Positions 1 to 8,384 of a stretch of DNA of 20,000 bases are shown here, one piece after another. Made by a program: the position numbers and the translations under genes. The stretch is from assembly GCF_004010195.1 (NCBI RefSeq), contig NC_057754.1:3526658-3546657 (forward strand). The letters run 5' to 3'. A model generated the notes under the pieces. The model saw only the letters and a program-made list of their open reading frames with translations. It did not search any database and was not told the origin of the DNA. This DNA comes from Chiloscyllium plagiosum. Lineage: Eukaryota. The stretch's first letter is position 1. Each line of letters begins with the position of its first letter.

Positions 1-59
1 GGTGGTGGGAGGATAGGCAGAGAGATTTAGAAAGGAAGGGGGCCACAGCTAGCAAATAG

Positions 60-351
60 GGGCGGCACGGTGGCTCAGTGGTTAGCACTGCTGCCTCACA
101 GCGCTAGGGACCCAGGTTCGATCCCAGCCTCAGGCGACTGTCTGTGTGGAGTTTGCACATTCTCCCCCTGTCTGCGTGGGTTTCCTCCCACAGTCCAAGG
201 ATGTGCAGGTTAGGGTGGATTGGCCGTGCTCAATTGCCCCATAGTGTTAGGTGCGTTAGTCAGAAGGAAATGGGTCTGGGTGGGATGCTCTTCGAAGGGT
301 TGGTGTGGATGTGTTGGGCTGCAGGGCCTGTTTCCACACCGTAGGGAATCT
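60..351 (+). mobile_element. HE1-like V-SINE (tRNA-derived)
   Basis: A box TGGCTCAGTGG at 71-81, B box GGTTCGATCC at 115-124, V-core GTGTGGAGTTTGCACATTCTCCCC, CR1-like tail; six more copies in the window. Confidence 0.85.
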
Positions 352-619
352 AAACTGGGGACAGAAGCCAGGAGTCAGAATGGCAGCGGGAGCGCTGAGA
401 TCCTCTGGGGGATTGACAGGTGGGAGAAATCACTGCGACTGGGTAGGGCTCACACGATGCGGTCCGTGTCCTGCGCAGAATCAGCAACAGCCTCGTTGAT
501 CCTGCTTCTAATTACGTCCTGCTTTTTGCATCTAATTTGCCTCCCCCCAGCAAGCTGCCGACAATGTAGGAACACTCATGATCACTCGGAACCGGCCTGT
601 GTTAAAGCGTGCTGGGGAA

Positions 620-1180
620 GCGAAGGCCTAGTGGTAATGTCACTCGGCTATTAATCCAAAGAATGTTCCCTGGGGACCTGGGTTCAAATCTTGCCTTGGC
701 AGATGAATTCGGTAAAGAATATGGAATTAAGACTCAGCTAATGACCATAGAACTGTACAGGACAGGAATGGGCCCTTCGGCCCACAATGTTGTGCCGAAC
801 GTGATACCAATTAAACTAATCCCTTCTGCCTGCCCTTGGTCCATATCCCTCCATCCCTTGTATATTCATGTGTTTACTGAAAGCCCCCTAAATCCCCCTA
901 TTGTATCTGCCTTCACCATTACCTCAGGCAGTGTGTTCCAGACTCCCACCACTGTCTGTGAAAAAAAAACAACTTGCCCCTCACACCCGAGATGCACCTC
1001 CCCTAGTTCTAGACATGCCCCCTCTGGGGGAAAAGGATTCTGACCGTCAACCCTATCTCATAATTTTATCGACTTCTATCAAGTCTCCCCTCAGCCTCGA
1101 TTGACAGTTGTTGAAAAAACCCATCCAGTTCACTAATGTGCTTCAGGGCCTACACGTGACTCCAGACAGCAACATGGTTG
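620..1180 (+). mobile_element. Second tRNA-derived SINE family (pieces ~620-745 and ~1098-1180), interrupted by a CR1 3' fragment
   Basis: A box GGCCTAGTGG, B box GGGTTCAAATC; body matches the reverse copy at 9711-10347 (CCCATC..GTTCACTAATG, GGCCTACA.GTGACTCCAGAC). Confidence 0.65.
747..1097 (-). mobile_element. CR1-like LINE 3' fragment
   Basis: Similar to the other CR1 3' ends in the window (GGCCCTTCGGCCCAC tail; reverse-strand ORF2 C-terminal remnant). Confidence 0.7.
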
Positions 1181-1492
1181 TCCACACTGACCAGAGATCC
1201 TAAATTAATCCAGTCCCATTTGCCAGCATTTGGCCCATATCCCTCCAAACCCTTCCTATTCATGTCCCCATCCAGCTGCCTTTTAAATGTTGCCATTGTA
1301 CCAGCCTCCACCACTTCCTCTGGCAGCTCATTCCACACATACACCACCCTCTGCGTGAAAAAGTTGCCCCTTAGATCCATTTTAAATCTTGCCCCCTCAC
1401 CTTAAACTTTTACTCTCTAGTTCATGACTCTCCTATCCTGGGAAAAAAAATACCCTTTGCGATTCACCCTATCCATGCCCCTCGTGATTTTA
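1172..1492 (-). mobile_element. CR1/HER1-like LINE 3' fragment
   Basis: Reverse ORF DLRGNFFTQRVVYVWNELPEEVVEAGT..FKRQLD is the CR1 ORF2 C-terminus. Confidence 0.88.
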
Positions 1493-2286
1493 TTAGGAGA
1501 GGAAGAGGCGTAGATTCAGAAAAAGATGGCCATTTTCCGTTTCTCTGTACTCCTATGGTTTCTGGGTGCGAGATTACTGATCCAGTCTGGCATGGCGACT
1601 AATCCTTGCCACAGAATCTCCTCCCTTCACTATTAGTCTCAGGGATCTCCGTGAAGCAATCTCCTTAATCCTGATTAATTGACTAATCCACTGGCTGGGA
1701 CAGTTACTGCTCGCTCTCACATGCTTCCCTGTCACCCATCTCGGCAGAGGCTGCATTGCATCATGGGTGAGGCATTTGCTTTCCTCTGGGGTCCTGGGCC
1801 TCAGTTCCAACAGCACAGGTTGTTCAGCCCATCTAACTTCAAACAATCCATCCAACTACCATCCTATATCCTCCTACTGCTCACCTTCCTGCAAATTTCT
1901 CCTTTACCGGTATTTATCTGACTCCCAAAAAGTGAATCAGTTCCCCCTACCCTTTCAGGCAATCCATCCCAGAGTCACACCAACTTGTTGCCTCAATTAA
2001 AATATTCCCCTCTCTCCCCCCTCCTCTTTTCCTGACTCCTCTTCAATCTGCGTTTGACTGACCCACTTGGGAATGATTTCTCCAAATTCACTCAACCTCC
2101 ATCCGATCGTGCCCCTTAACCTCCTCCACTCTCAGGGGAGCATTCCCAGTCTCTCCACATTGACTGAAATCCAAGATGGCGCCAATTTCATGCAACTCCT
2201 TGTGAGATCCCTACAGCAGGTCTAACTCTAACATTTCTTATAACCTTTAGGGTGTAGGTTTGCTCGCTGAGCTGTAGGTTTGATAT

Positions 2287-2325
2287 CCAGATGTTCATTA
2301 CCTGGCTAGGTACCATCATCAGTGG
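2287..2325 (-). ncRNA. Degenerate minimal hammerhead ribozyme motif (PLE family A, left arm)
   Basis: Minus strand reads CCA-CUGAUGA-U-GGUACCU-AGCC-AGGUAAU-GAAC-AUC-UGG: core box, stem II and stem I CCA/UGG present; one A of GAAA missing. Confidence 0.6.
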
Positions 2326-2518
2326 CGACCTCCAAGTGAAGCGAAGCTGTTGTCTCCTGCTTTCTATTTATATATTTGTCCTGGATGGGGTTCCTGGGGT
2401 TTGTGGTGAAAAAAACTGGGCCAACACATCTGTCCTGGGACAGGCTAAGCAAAGACTTGCCAGAGAATTCCTAGAGGCCTGGCACTCCAACCACAANNNN
2501 NNNNNNNNNNNNNNNNNN

Positions 2519-2668
2519 CGTTTCGGGCATAAGCCCTTCTTCAGGAAGAAGGGCTTATGCCCGAAACGTCGATTCTCCTGCTCCTTTGATGCTGCCTGAC
2601 CTGCTGCGCTTTTCCAGCAACACATTTTTAAGCTCTGATCTCCAGCATCTGAAGTCCTCACTTTCTCC
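2519..2668. mobile_element. Penelope-like family B fold-back element, copy 1 (left part in the N gap)
   Basis: Perfect 24-bp inverted repeat 2519-2542/2545-2568; minus strand CUGAAGA-A-GGGC-UUAU-GCCC-GAAACG; tail shared with the copies at 4369 and 7860. Confidence 0.7.
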
Positions 2669-2775
2669 TTCAGAGGGATATGAGCCAAGTGCTGGCAAAT
2701 GGGACTAGGATATGTGGTCAGCATGGCCAAATTGGACCGAAGGGTCTGTTTCCTTGCTGTACAGCTCTCTGACTG
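2669..2775 (+). mobile_element. CR1/HER1 3' end fragment
   Basis: GAGGGATATG.GCCAAGTGCTGGCAAATGGGACTAG...GGACCGAAGGGTCTGTTTCC, as at 18430-18540. Confidence 0.75.
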
Positions 2776-2992
2776 AAGAGAAGACAGGCTAAGCAAAGAC
2801 ATGCTAGAGAATACCTAGAGGCCTGGCACTCCAACCACAATGCCATAAACAAACACATAGATCTCGATACCATCTATCAACCCCTCAGAAAACGAACAGG
2901 AAATGACATCACCACAAACCCCAGGAACCCCATCCAGGACAAACATATAAATAAAAAGCAGGAGACAACGGCTTCGCTTCACTTGGATGTCG

Positions 2993-3031
2993 CCACTAAT
3001 GATGTTACCTAGCCAGGTAATGAACGTCTGG
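2993..3031 (+). ncRNA. Degenerate minimal hammerhead ribozyme motif (PLE family A, right arm)
   Basis: CCA-CUAAUGA-U-GUUACCU-AGCC-AGGUAAU-GAAC-GUC-UGG; G5>A in the core and one A of GAAA missing. Confidence 0.6.
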
Positions 3032-3452
3032 ATATCAAACCTACAGCTCAGCGAGCAAACCTACACCCTAAACCTCAACCTGAGCTACAAACCTTCACAA
3101 ACCTTGCAAAAAAAATTCTTATAACCGTTCCTACACTTTTAAGTCTCTTTCATCTGTACATCATTGCTTCCAATCACCTGCCTGTACTGCTTGTAAACGA
3201 AACGTTTCTTTGATTTATTTATTGTCACATGTACAGAAGTACAATCAATAAATCAATCAAATTCCTCATTGCCTGGGACCATTTCTATAAACCTTCCCTG
3301 CCCCCTCTCCCAATGCCTGAACATCTTTTCTTGAGATTGGAACACAGTGGAGACCAAAGCAGCCTCTTGAGTATGACTAGTTTGATTGTATTCACTCCCA
3401 GGATGAGTAAGTGACTAGGCCCAGCATTTAGTGAACCAGATGGGTTTGTTTT

Positions 3453-3585
3453 TTGGATGGGTATATGAATAGGAAGGGTTTAAGAGGGATATGGGCCGAA
3501 TGCTGGCAAATGGGACGAGATGAATTTCGGATATTTGGTCAGCGTGGACAAGTTGGACTGGAGGGTCTGTATGACTCTATGACTC
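3453..3585 (+). mobile_element. CR1/HER1 3' end fragment
   Basis: DGYMNRKGL remnant followed by the 3' UTR ending in GACTCTATGACTCC. Confidence 0.8.
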
Positions 3586-4159
3586 CATACGTGTATCACT
3601 TTCCTATCAATGCATCAACACTGTTCACCCCAGCCATAGTATTAATCTGCACTTGATTGGCTGGGATTAATCACGAACCGTTGGCATGGGAAGGGAAGGT
3701 CATGTCTGACCAATGTGATTGACATTTTTCGAAGAAATGACCCAGTGTGGAGATGAGGCTGATACATTTGACCTCAGCAAGGCTTTTGCTAAGGTCCTGC
3801 ATGGGGAGACTGATAGTGAACGGAAGAGTGCCTGGGGGGGAGTGTTTGTGTGATCTGCGTCCGGAGGGGTTCCACGGGGATCTGTGCTGGGGCCCTCGCT
3901 GGTCAATTATTTTGAGTTGAATGGTAGAGGGTGGATCAGTAAGTTTGCAGATGATATGAAAATTGGTGGAATGGTAACTCGCGAGGAGGAACAGCGTTAG
4001 ATTACAGGAGGACACAAACAGACTGGGCAGATTAGTGGCAAATGGAATTCAATCCAGAGAACTGGGAGGTGATGCACTTGGGCTGAGCAAACAAGGAATA
4101 CATGATGAACGATAGGACCTTAGGGAGCTCTGAAGATCAGAGGGACCTTGCTGTGAATC

Positions 4160-4900
4160 TGATTTGATTTATTGTTATCACGTGTACCTAAGTACAGGCA
4201 GATCATAGCGTGCTTAGACAGAGTGAGGTATACAGGGTTACGCCACATTGGAGGCATGTAAAGCACAATCAACTTTAGCTTTGAAACTAAACAGGTCATC
4301 CAGCAGTCTAATAACAGCAGGGTAACAGCTGTTCTTCAACTTGTTGGTATATGTATTTAAGCTTCTGTCGAGAGCGTGGTGCTGGAAAAGCACAGCAGGT
4401 CAGGCAAGCATCCGAGGAGCAGGGGAATCGACGTTACGGGCAATTCCTAATGAAGGGCTTATGCCTGAAACGTCGATTCCCCTGCTCCTCGGATGCTTGC
4501 CTGACCTGCTGTGCTTTTCCAGCACCGCACTCTCGCCTCTGATCTCCAGCATCTCTCACCTTCTCCTTCTGTATCTTCTGCCTGACCGAAGAGGTAAGAA
4601 GGGATTATGACCGGGGGTGGGAGGGGTCTTTAACGATGTTGGCTGCCTTTCTGTGGCAACAAAAGTGTAAATGGAGTCAATGGATGGGAGGTTGGCTCCC
4701 TGATGATCAAGGCTATGTACACCATCTTCTATAGTTTCTTACAGAGCTGGGCAGAGCAGTTAACGTACCAGGTCGTGATGCACCCAGACAGATGCTTTCT
4801 GTAGAGGTTGGTGAGGGTCCTTATGGACGTGCTAAGTTTCCTGAGGAAGAAGAGGCATTGTTGTGTGTTCTTGACTGCCGCATTGATGTGGGAGGTCCAG
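4160..4900 (-). mobile_element. Rex1/Babar-like LINE 3' fragment
   Basis: Reverse complement resembles 11636-12050 (LPSGRR / KNS motif region, AATAAATCAAATC tail). Confidence 0.7.
4369..4565. mobile_element. Penelope-like family B fold-back element, copy 2
   Basis: 74-bp inverted arms 4369-4442/4462-4535; hammerhead-like CUAAUGA-A-GGGC-UUAU-GCCU-GAAAC-GUC starting at 4447; TSD CTTCTGT at 4362-4368 and 4566-4572. Confidence 0.75.
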
Positions 4901-5141
4901 GAACAGATTGTCCATCAGTCGGTGGGACGGGTCGATAATGCAGTGAAGGAAGCATATGGGATATCCCCTTTATTAGCTGAGGCAGAGAGTTTAAGAGCAG
5001 GGAAGGCTATGCTGGAACTGTATTGCTTAAGTCACATCTAGAATATTGTGGGAAATCCCCATTATAGGAGGAATGTGATTGCTCTGGAGAGGGGTGCAGA
5101 GGAGATTTCCCAGGATGTTGTCCAGACTTGAAAGTTTGGGT

Positions 5142-5500
5142 TAGAACATAGAACATAGACAAGTACAGCACAAAACAGGCCCTTTGGCCCACGATGTTGT
5201 GCTGAGATTTAATCCCAATGTAAAATATAGTAACTTAACCTATGCACCCCTCAACCCACTGCTTTCCATGTGCATGTCCAGCAGTCGCTTAAATATCCCC
5301 AATGATTTCACTTCCACCACCACCGCTGGCAACGCATTCCATGCATTCACAACTCTCTGCGTAAAGAACCTACCTCTGATGTCTCCTTTATACCTTCCTC
5401 CTAATATCTTCAAACTATGACTCCTCGTACCCAGTCAATCCTGCCCTGGGGAAAAAAAACCCTCTCTGGCTATTGACTCTATCTATTCCTCTCATTATTT
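5142..5500 (-). mobile_element. CR1-like LINE 3' fragment (different subfamily)
   Basis: Reverse strand encodes RGRFFTQRVVNAWNALPAVVVE; AGAACATAGAACATAG tail. Confidence 0.8.
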
Positions 5501-5810
5501 TGTTGTGGAGAGAGATTGGACAGACTGGGGTCGTTATTCTTGAAGCAGAGGAGATGAGTGGGGAGATGTATAAAATTACGAGGGGAGGTATCGATAGAGT
5601 AGACAGGAAAGAACTTTCCCTTTTTGCTGCTGAGCCAATGGCGAAACAATGATAGTGGGAAGGGGCCGGAGGCTTAGGGGCGACGTGACGAAGCTATTTT
5701 CATCTGGAGAGTAGTAGGAATCAAGACTTCACTGCCTAGAAGGATGGGAGAGATTGAAACTCTCATAACATTGAAGACCTATTTAGATGGGCACTTGTGA
5801 TGCCAGGATG

Positions 5811-5946
5811 TAAGAAATAAGAACTAGGAGCAGGAGTAGGCCTGAAGCCTGCTCCACCATTCAATGAGATCATAGCTGATCGTTTCATGGACTCAGCTCT
5901 ACTCACCCTAATCCTTAATTCCTTCACAGGTCAAAAATCTATCTAT
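5811..5946 (-). mobile_element. CR1-like 3' UTR fragment
   Basis: TAAGAAATAAGAACTAGGAGCAGGAGTAGGCC...CCATTCAATGAGATCATAGCTGATC resembles a reversed shark CR1 tail. Confidence 0.6.
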
Positions 5947-6494
5947 CCATACAAGGCTATGGACTAACTGCTGGGAATTGGGATTAGAATAGTTGGATGG
6001 TTGTGTTGTAGATCGCTGTGACTCCAGACGAACACGTGTCTCCTGAATTTATTTCAATCTGATAATGGCGGCCTCTATTGATTGCTGTTCTCCACAAGAG
6101 GGGTCATTTGCTCTGCCCAATCAGAATTTTACAGTGCTCAATATTCCCAGAAATACTTCTTTCTGCAGTGCGGAGCTCCGAGTGGAATATTGGACTCTGT
6201 GAGCCAATGTGTCGTCACGCCAATTGGCATGTGTGAGATATCCGCCCTCAGGGGTGCAGTCACCCACTTCATTGGTCACCCTCTCGCCTTCTGTTTACAA
6301 GAGAGAACAGGCCCAGTCTCTCAATCCTTTCATGGTATGGCTATTTCAGTATTTCTTCTCTGCATCTCTCTAGCGCCTCTATCTCCTGTTTATAACATAG
6401 TGGCCAGAACTGAGTGCAGTAACTGCATGTGGTCACCAACGGGTTTGACGCAGCCTCCTGACTTTTCAATTCTCCCCCACTGAATCCCCACAGT

Positions 6495-7605
6495 GCGGAA
6501 GCAGGCCATTCAGCGCTTACCAACCTTCCGAAGGGCAACCCACCCCTACTCTATCCCTCCACACCTTCATTTCCCACAGCTAATCCACCTCGCCTGCATA
6601 TCCCTGGGCACTATGGGACAATTTAGCACGGCCAATCCACCCTAACCTGCACATCCCTGGACACTATGGGACAATTTAGCACGGCCAACCCGCCCTAACC
6701 TGCACATCCCTGGGCACTATGGGACAATTTAGCACGGCCAATCCACCCTAACCTGCACATCCCTGGGCACTACGGGACAATTTAGCACGGCCAATCCACC
6801 CTAACCTGCACATCCCTGGGCACTATGGGACAACTTAGCACGGCCAATCCACCCNNNNNNNNNNNNNNNNNNNNNNNNNNNNNNNNNNNNNNNNNNNNNN
6901 NNNNNNNNNNNNNNNNNNNNNNNNNNNNNNNNNNNNNNNNNNNNNNNNNNNNNNNNNNNNNNNNNNNNNNNNNNNNNNNNNNNNNNNNNNNNNNNNNNNN
7001 NNNNNNNNNNNNNNNNNNNNNNNNNNNNNNNNNNNNNNNNNNNNNNNNNNNNNNNNNNNNNNNNNNNNNNNNNNNNNNNNNNNNNNNNNNNNNNNNNNNN
7101 NNNNNNNNNNNNNNNNNNNNNNNNNNNNNNNNNNNNNNNNNNNNNNNNNNNNNNNNNNNNNNNNNNNNNNNNNNNNNNNNNNNNNNNNNNNNNNNNNNNN
7201 NNNNNNNNNNNNNNNNNNNNNNNNNNNNNNNNNNNNNNNNNNNNNNNNNNNNNNNNNNNNNNNNNNNNNNNNNNNNNNNNNNNNNNNNNNNNNNNNNNNN
7301 NNNNNNNNNNNNNNNNNNNNNNNNNNNNNNNNNNNNNNNNNNNNNNNNNNNNNNNNNNNNNNNNNNNNNNNNNNNNNNNNNNNNNNNNNNNNNNNNNNNN
7401 NNNNNNNNNNNNNNNNNNNNNNNNNNNNNNNNNNNNNNNNNNNNNNNNGGACTGTGGGAGGAAACCGGAGCACCCGGAGGAAACCCACGCAGACACGGGG
7501 GGGAGAATGTGCAAACCCCACACAGACAGTCGCCTGAGGCTGGAATCAAACCCGGGTTCTTGGCGCCGTGAGACAGCAGTGCTAACCACTGAGTCACCAT
7601 GCCAT
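6495..7605 (-). mobile_element. HE1-like V-SINE with internal minisatellite expansion
   Basis: tRNA head at ~7545-7605 (reverse), V-core at 7449-7545, tail at ~6495-6575. Confidence 0.8.
6578..6854. repeat. 53-bp minisatellite (at least 5 copies, running into a 594-N gap)
   Basis: ACGGCC recurs at 6628, 6681, 6734, 6787 and 6840, giving a period of 53. Confidence 0.95.
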
Positions 7606-7779
7606 CCCCTGAGGTCAGAGGTCACATGCGGCTCCATGGCGAATGCTACTGGTGCCCGGATGGCAATGTAAGAGTAGGAGTAGGCCGTGTGGCCTGTCAG
7701 AGCTGCTCCGCACGCTCCATTCAGAGGCCTTGACATTCCATGGCGTTACCATCCTAACTGGCCGCATTCACACAGCAGC

Positions 7780-8380
7780 TACAAGAGCCAGTCAGAGGCT
7801 GGGGAATCCCTGTAACTCCCCAAAGGCTATCCACCATCGACAAGGCATGGGTTATGAGTATCGAAAAGTGTGGCGCTGGAAAAGCGCAGCAGGTCAGGCA
7901 GCATTCGAGGAGCAGGAGAATCGGCGTTTTGGGCATAAGCCCTGCATCAGGAATGTTCAGGACTATGCCCATAACGTCGACTCTCCTGCTCCTCGGATGT
8001 TGCCTGACCTGCTGCGCTTTTCCAGCACCACACTTTTTGACTCTGATCTCCAGCAACTGCAGTCCTTACTTTCTGAGTCATGCGTGTGATGGAGTACTCC
8101 GACAGGAATATGGGTCAAATGCTGGCAAATGAGATTAGCTTAATTGAGGATCACCGGTCGGCTTGGATGAGTTGAACTGAAGGATCTGCTTTGTGCTGGA
8201 AATCTCTAAGACCATCCAGGACAAAGCAGCCCCCACTTGATTAGCACCACAACCACTCCCTCCCCCACCGACGCTCAGTAGCAGCAGTGTGTACCATCTA
8301 CAAGATGCTCTGCTCAAATTCACTGAAGATCCTCAGGCAGCACTTTCTAAATCTATACCTCTTCCATCGAGAGGACACCC
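7780..8380 (+). mobile_element. RTE-X-like LINE ORF2 C-terminal fragment, interrupted by PLE family B and a CR1 tail (~8100-8200)
   Basis: Remnants TI.KA...VMEYS, TIQDKAA.LI, RRSVAAVCTIYKM; related copy at 10365-10858. Confidence 0.55.
7860..8073. mobile_element. Penelope-like family B fold-back element, copy 3 (older)
   Basis: 77-bp inverted arms 7861-7937/7964-8040; minus-strand CUGAUGC core remnant at 7944-7950; degenerate 12-bp TSD at 7848-7859 and 8074-8085. Confidence 0.72.
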
Positions 8381-8384
8381 CTTC

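Larger units (their letters stand above)
2246..3115 (+). mobile_element. 5'-truncated Penelope-like element (family A) with inverted partial pseudo-LTR, GIY-YIG C-terminal remnant and 11-bp TSD
   Basis: 164-bp inverted arms at 2246-2409 and 2909-3072; ORF remnant NWANTSVLGQAKQR.ARE.LEAWHSNHNAINKHIDLDTIYQPLR; TSD TTCTTATAACC at 2235-2245 and 3116-3126; short A tail. Confidence 0.8.
3700..6000 (+). mobile_element. Old CR1-type LINE (RT to 3' end) split into four pieces: ~3700-4158, ~4905-5141, ~5502-5810, ~5947-6000
   Basis: Degenerate RT motifs (DLSKAFAKV.H, GVPRGSVLGP, SKFADDMKIG); the sequence continues collinearly across each inserted block. Confidence 0.7.

Noticed and set aside
60..135. 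tRNA gene (A and B boxes), also at the other SINE heads
   Set aside because: Continues directly into V-SINE body and tail, occurs in seven diverged copies, and has no clean cloverleaf or terminator.
2247..2252. Telomeric TTAGGG at the PLE end, suggesting a telomere-associated Athena-type element
   Set aside because: A single hexamer; the element has an endonuclease remnant and a TSD.
4369..4535. miRNA precursor or DNA-transposon MITE reading of the hairpins
   Set aside because: An asymmetric 3' tail, variable fold-back point, variable TSD length and hammerhead-like core fit PLE-type retro-insertion better. Small-RNA production cannot be excluded.
6082..6483. 133-aa ORF in unique sequence (also 220-654 and 609-1043)
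   Set aside because: Non-ATG starts, no recognisable domain; the latter two cross repeat boundaries.
6578..6854. CRISPR-like regular repeat array (also 15744-16168)
   Set aside because: Units are head-to-tail with no unique spacers, there are no cas genes, and the context is a vertebrate intron; both arrays derive from SINEs.
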